This document shows, one piece after another, positions 37,960 through 50,285 of a stretch of DNA of 64,000 nt. The DNA comes from Eukaryota sp. GEM-RC1. Taxonomy: Eukaryota. The position numbers and the translations under genes are program-made. The first letter of the stretch is position 1. Each line of letters begins with the position of its first letter. The stretch lies in assembly GCA_040285855.1 (NCBI GenBank), contig JAUFOQ010000016.1, positions 2,914,001-2,978,000 on the forward strand, given 5' to 3'. Under the pieces are notes generated by a model. That model had not been told where the DNA came from and did not search any database. It was given only the letters and a program-made list of their open reading frames with translations.

Positions 37960-39620
37960 AGTTTATTATAAATGTAATAAATCAAACAACTAAAATTTGA
38001 TGTCATTAAAACAACACCCGTCGCTATCAAACCTTACAACAGCTTTGTCCTCATAAAAGGCACTCACTGCTAATAAAGCTTTGGAGATGATTAGGGGAAC
38101 TGTTTTAAAAACAGTAAAAACGATCCGATTCAACCATAACTTATGATCAAAACGTTTGTTCATCCTATTTTTTATGATTTTTCCGAAATCGTTTAAAAAA
38201 TTCAATGCACTTTTCCTAAACGTCCGTAAATTGAAACGGCAAAAGGGCATAATTCGTACTCAAAATGTTTTACATGTTTTAAAGCCATCAATGGTTTTCT
38301 GTACTTATCCTGTTTGGCCTGTTCAGAAATGTCTAAAGGAGAAGTTTCAGACGAAGCGTTCTTTAAAGATGTCTTTTTAGAAACATCCACTGACACTACA
38401 TCAACAACAAACAATTTGTCTGAAGAAGAAGGAACAACAACATCTGCTCTCCGTTTACCAAAAAATTGGTTCTGTTTTTCGACATTACAATTATTACTTG
38501 GTTCTAAAGATCTTAAAAGTGGTTCAACAAATGACTCAATTTTGTAAGACTTACACATAGCATGTATTTGATCTCTTACAGCATCATGCATACACGTTCG
38601 ATAAGTTATGTAACGATTACAACTTAACAGATGAGAAAACGTAGATTGTTTTCCACAGCTACTTGAAGATCATTTGGCAAATTATGTGGCCATAAATAAC
38701 AACGAAGTCTCATTGTAGTGGTCCATTGATGATCATTTAATAACAGACCATTTACTTGTGGACTTTGATTAATTCATGCCACAACAGAACTCTCCTTTAA
38801 ATCAATTAAAAATTAGCCAAAGCTGGATTTTTTTCCTCAGCCAAGCTAAGACGGACTGTAAAATTTAAACTTTCAAAATATTTTAATAAATGATTTTGTA
38901 GCTTTTTTAAAGCAAACTTTAAAGACAAAATGTTTCGACATGGAATTTCATTGAAAACAAGACGACCACGACTCAGGAGAAAGATTTCCTATTTCACCAC
39001 AGAGATGATTAAGATAAAAGCTGCAAGTACTTTCAAGAAGAGTAGTTCTTGATGGATATCGATTACAAAACTCGAATACAAAATGTTTGCCACCACCAAT
39101 CAAAGCTGCTTTAGTCCACCATTTAGAAGATGTAAATCCCAAACCTCCGAAATATGGACTGGAAAATGTGTGGTTATTTAAAATGTTGGGTTTGACTTGA
39201 AGAAACAATAAAAAAAAAGTCTGTGCGAATTTTGTTAAAAGCTCTACAGAAATCATACGATAACTCAGGAGCAAGGGGCCTTAAAAGATGAGTAATTTTA
39301 CCAGAATAACAAATTTAGAGCATGAAGAATTTTTTAAATGTTTTTCAATTTCAAGAACTTTAATCTTATCCAACTCTTGTTGAATTGAATTCAAATAATC
39401 ATCAAGGTTTTTGACAATATCTTCCTTTCTACCAAAAAAACAACAACCAAGAAATATGAAACTTGAACCAGAATAACTAATGAAAGGGACTTCAATTGAA
39501 CGAATTGTTAATAACGTTGGTTCTTTTCCTATAACGAAACATTTTTGAATGTTTAAATTTAAACCAATCTCTTCACACAAAGTGGCAGCTTCTGCAGAAA
39601 TTGCTTTTATAGTCTCAAAT
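37960..39620 (-). mobile_element. Degenerate RLE retroelement (family C): RT C-terminus to endonuclease
   Basis: IGLNLNIQKC, FLGC, GGLG, HDAVRD, RRADVV, VVDVV, K.DKY and PFAVSIYGRLG across broken ORFs. Confidence 0.88.
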
Positions 39621-40441
39621 TTTTTTTACCTAAAATTATGAGGCAACCTCAATATACAACTAAATATACATAAATTCACAAAACTGACTAAATGCACAAA
39701 AGATAAACATGACAATTTTTGATGACGTTTGGAGTTTCCTTCCTCCTGTTCTGTAAGTCTGCTTCTTCTATAATTGTCTTTCTTATGTATGTCCCCCTTA
39801 GCAACTGTTCCTCCCTTGTTTGTGTTTGATACTAGAGACGAGCTACGGACTTTGTGAGGCAACAGGACACAATAGACGATCTTGCCCTCAAAAAAATGAT
39901 GTCCCTGAACCTCCTAGACAAGTTGCAAGAACAGAAGATTAGGGTATAGCTAGAGTGTCATGTCACTTCTCTTCTTCTAGTTCAAATAAAAAACTTCTCT
40001 GTCATTCTATTTAACCATAACACACACATCGTTCACTTGAAGATGAAAACACATGCTTCTGGATAACAAGCTTGTTGGTGGCATCTCTAAGCCCAAAAGT
40101 TGTTTAAGAAGAACACTTCCTCCACATTGCCATGGGAGATGCTCTTCGGGGATACATCTCTGACTACGTTTCTTCGCAACTGTTGTTTTGGATGTTCTAC
40201 ACCCTAACTTCATTCAGAGATGAGATTCTACTTGCCATTTTGCTGTGGAAAAGTGTTGTTAATCACTTGTGATTGCACTTCAGCAATCACATATTTATGA
40301 CCTCATGGAAAAATTTTGTCGCACGACAAAAAATTGTCGTGTTGGTATTTTGTATATTTATCCATTTTGTATATTTAGTTTTTTTCAAATAATAATTTTA
40401 TGTTATAAATTAACGAAATACAAAGAACTAGTACTTAAAAG

Positions 40442-41547
40442 CATAGTTGCAAAATACACGGACAAAAAAATAATACAATACAGAATACAAAAAATACAGA
40501 ATACAAAAATACAATACAGATACAGAATACAAATACAATACAGAATACTGTATTAAGTGTATTTTTGTCTTGTATATCGCAAGTATTTAACTAACTGTAT
40601 TGAGTCCAACCACTGCAAACGTGATTGATCTTCAGGGTTATCATGGTTCAACTCTTCAGTATACAGTCTTAGACTTCTTTTCATTAATTACCCCAATTGT
40701 TCTTTCGATTCTAAAATGCACCGACGGTTCAAATGTTCATTTAGTCCACGTTTAAAGAACTGACGTGGAGATATACAGTTATACAATGTGACGTTGGACA
40801 CTTTTTGTCCCGTACATTTGTTGTAAATCGTCTTAATATACCGCTTGTAGGTAAATATGTTTAAACTCGAAATCATAGTCCCCAAAGACCACACGTACAT
40901 CTTCAAAACAGGATCAAACTGAGTGTCGTGTAGCTCGTCTCATCAGGGTTTTGAATCTGCATCACTGACTGACAGTAGTGAAGCTACTGTAGATTGCACA
41001 ACTTTACATCATTTGGTGTTTTTCAATTCTTGGGGACGAACATTATTAAGCGTTTCTAAATTTTTGTTACTTGACTTTGATCGGTGTTTCACTTTTTAGT
41101 CATCTAGCATACGCCGTTGACGTACTGTACTGGAACGTTTAGAAAATTCAGCAGACAATTGTACAGGTATTTCTGCAAGTTTGAAAAATAATACATGACC
41201 CAATTGTACCATACAATGGTATAATTGATCGGAACGATCCGCTTTTGAGTGTTTTCCTCATTTACTTCAGTCATTGTCATCAACTAAAGGGATTTTAGGG
41301 CAGGGAAAAAATACAAAAAATACAAATACAAATACACTTTTGCAGAAAAAAATACAATACATAATACAGAAAAAATACAGAATACAAAAAATACTGTATT
41401 TTGTATTTTGCAACTATGGATTTTAGGGCAGGGAAAAAATACAAAAAATACAAATACAAATACACTTTTGCAGAAAAAAATACAATACATAATACAGAAA
41501 AAATACAGAATACAAAAAAATACTGTATTTTGTATTTTGCAACTATG
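40442..41547. mobile_element. Non-autonomous hAT element
   Basis: TIR CATAGTTGCAAAATAC and exact 8-bp TSD cttaaaag. AATAC subterminal repeats. Internal BED-finger-like relic VW...C...LNEHLNRRC at 40688-40906 (minus strand). Confidence 0.88.
41291..41547. repeat. Two tandem copies (~128 bp) of the hAT element right end
   Basis: gattttagggcagggaaaaaatac...gtattttgcaactatg occurs at 41291 and 41419. Confidence 0.92.
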
Positions 41548-41561
41548 CTTAAAAGAAGAGA

Positions 41562-42430
41562 TGTTTATTCGGCACCCAATAAGGTAACCTTCCTACAAAC
41601 TATGAAATTGTAAAAACAAACAAATAATACTAAGATTAAATCCAAACGACTTCATCACCACCCGGTAAAAGATTACGTTTATCAACATTAACCTTCACAC
41701 CAAACTTGTACAATTTCTCAATTAATCTAGAGAAATAGAAAGGCATATTCCGATATATGGAAAACACTATACGGTTTTTCCATTCAGCCATTCTAAACTT
41801 ACGCTTCTTTTCTTTACACAATTCTTCGAAATCCTTGGAAAATTGATCACCAGCAGGACTAATAGATCCAAGAAGAGAAACAGCAAAAGGTTGAAACACA
41901 AATTTGGAATATGAGTTTCTATTTAATTCTTCTACTTGAGAGTCATACTTGGAGTGTTTGAGCTTTTCAGCTGTTGTTAATGGATTAAAAGAAGAATCTA
42001 ATATCCTACTAACACAAGATTTGTTACATACATCTACTGTAGTAAAATCCATTAATGATTGACTCGATTTAAGCCACGGAGTATGTAGATCCCCTCTTTT
42101 TGATCAGTAAATTCATTTTCTGAAAGATGATTCAAAACTGGTTCAACTTTAGAGTGAAAACCATGTGCTTTAAACATGGAATAACAAGAATCACGTACAC
42201 TATCATGAATTACTGCACGGAGATGAATAAAATAACGACAATTAATTAAATGACGGAAAACACCATTAGCTCCACAAGAGCACGTTGAATAGTTTAATAA
42301 ATTTGCAGGCCAAATAGCCAAACGAAGACGCATATTGATCATCCAAGCTTCATCAGATAGATGTAATCCATACACTTTTGGAATTTGAGAAATAAATCCA
42401 GACGGTCCACTATTACAAAGATCAATTAAA
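41562..42430 (-). mobile_element. 5'-truncated family A RLE retroelement
   Basis: ORFs 42052-42375 and 41636-42052 are close relatives of 30653-31330 and carry the same 3' tail. Confidence 0.9.
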
Positions 42431-42589
42431 AAAAAGATATTTAAAAGACTGTATATTTAGTTGTATATTTAGGTTGCCTCAAAATTATTTATTCTAAAAG
42501 TAATAGACAACAACACTACAGTGTACATACATCTAATAATCAATATCCTCAAAGTCCAGATTGCCTAACTGGAAATTTTCACCTACCTT

Positions 42590-43390
42590 ATCTTCATAAT
42601 GACTGCCAAGAGATAATAAAGCACTAGATACAGAAGTCACCATACCTTTAAAGATAGCAAACACGATTCGATTGTTCCAAAATCTAAGATCAAAAGTCCT
42701 AGATGATTTTTTCTTTTACAATCTTCACAAAGATTTCAAGTAATGATGTTGCAGATTCACCTAAAGAACCGTACAGTGAAAACACAAAAGGGTACAACAA
42801 GTAATTTGAGTGTGAAGCCGAATTCAATAATTTCAATTTAGCACAATATTTTTGCATTTTAAATTTTTCACCAATCAGCAAGGGGTTTTTAGCAGTAGAT
42901 TTAGCAAGTTTCTTGTTGGAATCATTACAAACATCGATAGACATAACATCAGCAATAATGAAAGATCCATCAAGACCAGGAAATATGACATCCCCACGGC
43001 TATTTCCAAACGATTTGTCAACATCTGTATCATCAAACAAACCAGCCAGACTGATAGTTTCAAAAGGTGCAATAAAAGTAATTTCATCCATATAAACCAC
43101 AATTTCCAAATCCTTACACTTGGATTTAAGATAGTTGAGGATGGGGTGAATAGCAAGGCAGAAGAAAAAAAGGACCAAAAGGATCGCCTTGTTTAACACC
43201 GGTTAATGAAGAAAGATTAGCCGAGTTCTAGACCAAATCAGACGAATTACCATAATAAGTATGAAAAAAAGATTCCAATTCTGGAAAATGTTCTTGTAAT
43301 TGTGGCAAAATAGCAGCACGTTTAGCAGAGTTGAATGCGTTTTTAAAGTCAAGATTATAAACAAAAACTTTGATAAGAATATATAAAATA
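42590..43390 (-). mobile_element. Internally deleted RLE retroelement (family D): RT core joined to RLE
   Basis: LDFKNAFNS, GVKQGDPFGP and VYMDE (from YxDD) are followed directly by SRGDVI...ADV...K..KY...PFVFSLYG. Confidence 0.85.
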
Positions 43391-44579
43391 ATCAACTATA
43401 ATATGAAGTGTTATTGCGAAAAACTTTCTACGTTTCATCGTTTTCCCGCCGAAAGTAGTTGAACTTTGGTTTCTCATTATAGAAACTCAACAAAAACCAA
43501 ACACTATGATAGAGAGTGGGTGAGCACTCAAGATAATTATGAACTAAAAAGTATACAACTTCATCTACTGGTAGATTCAACTTCTAAGGTCTTTCATGTG
43601 ATTACAGCTGGTGTTTCTAAACAAGTGCATTTAATCGAGCCAAAAATGAAGTTTCTCCCCCGACTTTTCAGAAAAATTGAAGATAAATGAATATCATGCC
43701 TATTGACTCTCCAGTTCAATGAGCACCTATTCCATAACGTCAGGAGATTGTCGGAGATTACGTTGTTGCGCTGATATCCACGCAGTTGAGATGTAAACAG
43801 TATAGTGGGAGAGGAGGCAAGTGTTTTTGAATCAGTAGAAGTCATAACATAATTAAATGAATTGGCCTTGTCTGAACACACACAACTTCATACTATCATT
43901 GTACGTACTTTTGCAGAAGAAACAATGCATTTGGTACTCAAGCAGTATTTTTATCTCATGAATCTTCATTGAATATGCAAACAAATAGAATGCATAAGAC
44001 TAAATACTAATAACTAAATGATGATGTTAGAAATACCAAAACAAAGTACAAATAAGGGCTTTGTATTAATACAAATACAAATACAAAATACAAAATACAC
44101 AGAATACATGTATTCCGTATTTCTCATCTATGGTTTAAACCCTACAAAACTTGTAGTCACACTTTGGTAATAGAATTGGTGTACAATTCCAATTTCCAGT
44201 TTCTTAAGTATAAAGCAGGATTCAACAAACCTTCCAGCAGCTATACAACTGTTGGTACTATAGTCCATTCTTTGTTTAAACTGGTCATGGAACACAAAGG
44301 GAAGTGATGACACTGTTGAACATTCAATGTGGTCTTCTAATACCAATCACAGTGTTAACGAACAAGTAAAACTGGTCTAGATTTATCATATAAATGACTT
44401 ATATTGATGATTTCACTTAAGCTACAATCACATTTGAACTACAAGTGGTGTGATCACAGAAAAAAGGTCAGTGTGTTCACATGTGTTTGTGATCCACAAG
44501 TATGGTTTCAACCGACAATAAATAAATAGATACATCTTTATTGTAATAAATACACTACAACTATATTTTTTCCTTTAAA

Positions 44580-44810
44580 CCCCTGATTAGAACCCAAATT
44601 CCCATACAGCGAAATAGCAAAGGGTTGGAATACAATTTTGTTGTCATTTCTGAATCAAGAGTGGTTATTTCTTCATCATGTTCAAAAGTTTTGGCATTTT
44701 CAAAGGGTCAAACAAAGGATTCAAAATATTAACAATAGTCAAAGACTTACATGGATCAACAGTGGTAAAATCTACAACAACTTCTTGGCAAGATAGCCAT
44801 AATATGAGGA
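44580..44810 (-). mobile_element. Short family B retroelement fragment
   Basis: WLSCQEVVVDFTTVDPC...FQPFAISLYG, similar to 37110-37310. Confidence 0.75.
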
Positions 44811-45248
44811 TGTATCTCCTTAACTTGTCGAAGAACAAACTGGTGTACTGTTGCAGGAAACTCAAATGTATTGAAAGTCATGCCTTCTTGAAGAATAATC
44901 TTTTCTAATGGAGGACATGCTCTCAAAGACTTTCAGCAGATATGAAAGAAAGCTTTCGTTTTGCGTAAGACACTTAAAAGGTAGCGATACAATAAATTGG
45001 ATACATATCGTAAGTGTCTGTTAGATACAAGCAAACACAATTTGATGCTTGTATTGGAACCCCTTTATGTGGTCACACCTACTAGTATTTTTCCAATAGA
45101 ATTGCATCGGACACAATCCCTGTCCCGTAATGTCACGTGGACATTGTAAGAGAATGTAGAAGTGTTTATTACAAAACAATAATATGTCCCATGTTTTATT
45201 AACAATATTTTAATTTTTTCAAAAGACACATAATATGTCTGTATAGGA

Positions 45249-46138
45249 CAGGGATGCGGAAAAAAATATTTATTTAAATAAATTATTGTTCACGACGAAA
45301 ATAAATATATTGTTATTGTTGTGGCCAACAATAAATATATGTATTGGTATTGTCAAGTTTGGAAATAAAAAAATATATTTATTGGCAATATTTCTACGCA
45401 ATCCGATGACTTTTTTTTGTGGTCTATTCGCCATCATCCGTAAAATCTCCTTCATTGTCCAACAACCAAGTCAAGGGTTAGTATTAAGATTTTTGCGAAC
45501 AGTATCTTCACCGTAGTTTAGAATTATACATCAATAAAAGTTGTTTTTCCAGACTTGATGTGTGTAGTCTTTTGCGAAGACTTTCAGCAGTCAAGTTAGC
45601 ACGACTGAATAGTCCTTCGATTTGCTTGGATGGGCCTGTTTTGAGTGTAAAATCAATGTAGTGAGATTTGGATTAATGAGAATCAGTGACAGTTTCCAAA
45701 CGCTCTGCTAGTGTCCCACGCAAAAAGTCCTTCACTGAATGTTTCTCACTCTTACGGTCATCAGTTCTTGATTGCCGTTTAGACTTTGTTGAACTTCATC
45801 AGTTCAAAAGCCAAACAGTCAACAATTTGACGTAAACAAATAGTATGATCTATTGCCTAGGTTGTTTTTTTTACTAAAGTGAAAGTTCGTCAGAGGACAA
45901 CTGCACCCACAACACATCTTGTTTACTCCAAAAATGGATGCAAAATTGAATATAACATCAAACAAATGGATGATTTTAGGGATGGAAAATATTGCCACAA
46001 TAAACAATATTATTGCAATACTATTGTATATTGCTGGGACTCACAATAAATATATTGCTATTGTTTTGACCAACAATCAATATATTTTTAATATTTATTG
46101 CAATAAATAAAATAACAATATATTTTTCCGCATCCCTG
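45249..46138. mobile_element. Non-autonomous hAT-like TIR element
   Basis: TIR CAGGGATGCGGAAAAA. TSD gtatagga / gtatatga (7 of 8 match). Confidence 0.85.
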
Positions 46139-46489
46139 GTATATGAGTTGTGGTTCTTCTGACCAAAACCTTGCTGTGTCTAGTGTTTGTTAGATTCTAT
46201 TTGATAAGTCTTTTTGTTCTTCTATTTGTATCAACCAAAACAAACTCTCCCAGTGTTCAACGGACAAATTGCACAACAACCAGTATACACCCAAGTTGAC
46301 ACTAATTAGTTCATCCACAGCTCCAAGCTCAAAGTACTTACACTTAACTTTGTATTACAGTTTAATTCGTCCAACACTCATTTTATAAAGAAGAATACAG
46401 TACATGTTTGTTTTTTTTACATGTTTGTATTGGAACTCTTATGATATGGAAAATTTCTACTTCATTTGATTTTCTTGTTAGGACTGTGC

Positions 46490-47500
46490 AGGTTCGGGTT
46501 TAGGTTTCAAACCAAACCTTTTTTAATAAACCTAGCTGAATCTTAACCTTTTTAATAAAACCAAACCAAACCTAAACCTTTTTTAATAAAACCAAACCAA
46601 ACCTAAACCCTTTTCAATAAAACCAAACCTAAACCTTTAGCTTTAGAACTGTAGGAAAATGAAACACATTTAATTTCAATAACCCTCTTACTCTAACATT
46701 ATATATGAACGATCTTAACGCTTCTATTGACGAGAACTCGGTATCCAAGCATCTTCAGTTTGTTGCGATCAGGTTTTTTCTTCTACTGAACGTACAGTTA
46801 CAGAAAATAGAGCTTCTCTGTCTGATGAAAGTATCCAAGCACTTGTCAGTCTTAAGGATTGGAGACGATTTTTTGAAAAGGAAAAATAGCACCACTAGTA
46901 GTTGTTTGTGATACTCGAGCATTAATAATAAAGCTTATTTAGTACCAGGGCCTACGGAAAAATATTTGTATTTAAATATTTACAATAAATAATGATATTT
47001 TATTTATTTTTTCAAGTTGGGTTTCTCCATTATTTATTTTGTGAAAACAGAAAATAAAAAATTTTTTTACATTTTTTGCTCTCTCACACAAAACCTGGAG
47101 AGGTACTAGTGTTCGTGTTAGATCACGTCTGTGAAGGTGTTGTAGCATCCTTGTTTCCTTTGAATAAATAATTTAAATAATTGCAATTATTTATTTCCTT
47201 CATCGGCATTAACTCATATTTATTTATTCAAGAAAAAGTTTGCCATATTTTATTTAAATATTTTTCCGTAGGCCCTGTTTAGTACTACCGTAAGAACAAC
47301 TTTATTTTGACAGTGTTCCACTAAACTACAGTGTATTTTCAGTTCATAATACATATCGGGTTTACTAGGTTTGAACCTAAACCTTTTTTTACAAAACCTA
47401 GCTGAACCTAAACCTAAAACTTAAAAACCTAGTGAAACCTAATCCCATTTTTGGAGAAAACCAAACCAAACCTAAACCAGGTTTGGGGTTTGAAACTCTT
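46490..47500 (+). mobile_element. hAT transposon relic with dimerization-domain remnant (46731-46889) and AAACC subterminal repeats; boundaries approximate
   Basis: The frame from 46731 reads RELGIQASSVCCDQVFSSTERTVTENRASLSDESIQALVSLKDW, matching the hAT C-terminal consensus. aaaccaaacctaaacc arrays lie at 46510-46640 and 47375-47480. Confidence 0.8.
46946..47277. mobile_element. hAT-like MITE nested in the relic
   Basis: TIR CAGGGCCTACGGAAAAA and exact 8-bp TSD tttagtac. Confidence 0.92.
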
Positions 47501-48633
47501 TTGAAACTGTGAGTTGGTTTTTGGGTGCTTAACCCAAATTTCCACCCAACCAACCAATTCTCTCCAACCAACCATTTCCATTTTCTGGTCAATCCCATTT
47601 TCTTCGTGGTTTCTTTTCATGTACCGCCTTTCTACAACTACGAACAGCTTGTGACAGGCTGTTTTACGCTCTTCAAAATGAATGGCTATTTATACCTTGG
47701 GTCCTTTTGCACTCATAGCTAACTTCCCTAACTGTCTCTTGCGATGGACTAAGATCAAGTAGGCTGTAGTACCTCGTGGAATGTCTCTGTTTCTTAAACT
47801 GTTGTTTCTTAGTGTCTCATAGAATGTTCATTCCTTATCGTTGTGAACAGACTGGTTTATGGATGTTGATGTGCCATAGTCGCTTTTTTATAGTATCATC
47901 GTTTATAGTCCTGGGTTGTTTGTACATGAAACATAGACCATTGTTTAACAAGCAGGATAAGATCTTTATCCACATCAACTATCCGCTGGTTCACAGTTAG
48001 TTGTATAGAGAAAAGGAACAAGAATAAAAGCTGCATAGTGGTCCTCATATACTTTCTGTCTCGTTTCGTCACAGTTTGACATCGTGTTTTAGAAACAAGT
48101 CGTCTTCGTAGATGACATGCTGATAGGAACAAGTATCAAGAAGTTTAGCAGATGAAAACCAGTACGTATCAAAAGGCCAAATAAGATCATGATGTTTATT
48201 GACATTGTTGAGCTTGTCACACAATGCAAGGTCGTTTTTTACGTGAAACTATAGAGCCTATTTGATCGATCTACTTAACAGTGGTCCTTTTGGGACTAAT
48301 GGAATGGAAGGATCTCTTTTGATCAGGGAAGTTGTGGAATACATCGTGCAAATGCATTCCATAAAATTTGGGTCCTTCTGGGGAGTCATCAATGGTGTTA
48401 CCCTCTATTGTTTTGATATGAATCCCATCGATGGAATGATCAGTGTATCAGCAAGAGAAGTGTTTGGTGTTTGCAACTAAAGCACAGATTGCATACAGAG
48501 AGAAGACGTATGTTGTAGGAGACATCAAATGTTTGGTTGGTAAATGGGTAGAAATTGGGAGTTAAGCATCTCCCATGAAATTCACAGAACCCAAAAAACC
48601 TGCACAGTCCAAATTCTTGTACTACTTCAACCA

Positions 48634-50200
48634 ATGCAGTGTCTACTATTAGTCTTGCTCGCTACCACCATTGTAACCGCATTTCCTCCCCATTTCTCAT
48701 CCACCCCTTTCCGTGGATTTTTGGAATAGCACACAGTCTGCTGGCCAACATTCCATTACCTTTTCCAGCGGACAATCTTTCCAATCAGGAAACTCTTTCA
48801 TTGTTGCTTCATCCTGGTTTCGCGTTGGCAAATACTCCTCATCAAATGACATTCGGGCTGAAATGAATGGCATCTACAACTCATCATCTGGTCACGCTGT
48901 CTTCATTGTACATCCTAGACTACAACACTTCTCTACAGACTTCTTCCAGTTTGAAGAAAAAGGCTATGCCCTCAATGACACATACGGAACAATAGAAACC
49001 TTCCTAACTGTATCTGGATACGATAGAACTCCGTGTCTTCTCTTTTGTGAGATGTCCTTCGAACCTTTTGATGGAGACATTAGTGAAACCAACTTACCCT
49101 CGATCACTGCTTCTGCCACCATAGTAAACCTCTCTCTCAGCTACAACCCTCAACTCTGCCCTAACTACCAGCTACTTCTCCCATACTCTGACCTTTCCCT
49201 TGCTGGGGTAGACTTAATTGCGAGGAATAGCCGACTGTTTGTTTACTCTAGTCTTTGCTTGTTATCTTCTCTTCTTATCATGTCAAAGTCTTTGCTACTA
49301 GGAACAATACACCGATGGCTCCCACATTATCATCGCTTTGGTGCCTTTTTTGGTCGGAATTTAGCTCATAGATCTACAGTAGATGCTACAACTGATATAA
49401 CAGCATACCTATTTGGTCATCCACCACCCATCACTTCTTTTTGTTTCGTTTCTATCGACTTTTGTATATTCATCTTCAATTTAACCTGGGCTTTGGTCTT
49501 AGACACCCAGTCTACGGTAATTCTAGGTCTTTCTGGTCTCCTTTTGTTTCTTTCTCTGATATATCTGGACAAAAACTCAGTAGTGGCAAGAGCTCGTAAT
49601 CGATCACGTATTGATAGGTCGGTGTCAGTCATTATTCCGATTGCTGCCGTTTCACTCTTTTTGTTTGCTTCTGGATTAGCTGTTGTTGTGCTGTTAGCTG
49701 CGTCTCATGTTTTTGTTATAATGTTTGTGGAAATTGTTTTTGTACGTCGAGGTGAAACTCCATGTTTGTTTATTAACTTATTAGGAGGTGCTGGAAGAAT
49801 TATCGTTCCCGGATATTTTCTATTATATTCTGATAACTTTCTGATTTCCGAACCTTCGCCATTAACTTTTTATATAATGTGTGGAATTGTACTATTTGGA
49901 ATTTTGTTATGTTCGCTTGTCAATGTGAAAAATTCATTTTTGGCCAAGATATTTAAACAATGTTCGACATCGTATGATCCATTACATTTACCACTCGAAA
50001 TTTATGAAAAAATTAAAAATTCGAGAGAAGATGATTCAATTAATTGTACTATTTGTTTAGAAGAGATCACAATCACGGATCTTGAGAACAGTACGTATGT
50101 GATGACGAGGTGCAATCATTTGTATCATCGAACTTGTTTGACAAGGTATGCTAATGAATCATCCAATTCAATTTGTCCCATTTGTAGGCAACCTCTCTAA
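48634..50200 (+). CDS. Multipass transmembrane RING-H2 E3 ligase (Tul1/Dsc1-like); +1 shift at ~48720
   Basis: Signal peptide MQCLLLVLLATTIVTA joins the long ORF at a T5 run. Lumenal domain, several TMs, and C-terminal CTICLEE...CNHLYHRTCL...CPICRQPL. Confidence 0.85.
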
Positions 50201-50285
50201 ATTTTTGAAAATTTGCGAATGATATATTCTTCAGTGATCAAACAACTAAATTTCTGCGACTAATGCGTTTTAATAGTATCTTCAA

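Larger units (their letters stand above)
39640..42480. mobile_element. TIR-bounded DNA element (superfamily uncertain, MULE-like ends) carrying nested insertions
   Basis: GAGGCAACCT(C/A)AATATACAACTAAATATAC inverted at both ends, with exact 8-bp flanking duplication aaaattat. Confidence 0.75.

Noticed and set aside
41291..41547. CRISPR-like array
   Set aside because: Two adjacent ~128-bp copies with no spacers. It is a duplicated transposon end in a eukaryotic context.
46510..47480. Telomere-like AAACC/AAACCT repeats
   Set aside because: Irregular, internal, and flanking a hAT dimerization-domain relic, so better explained as subterminal repeats.
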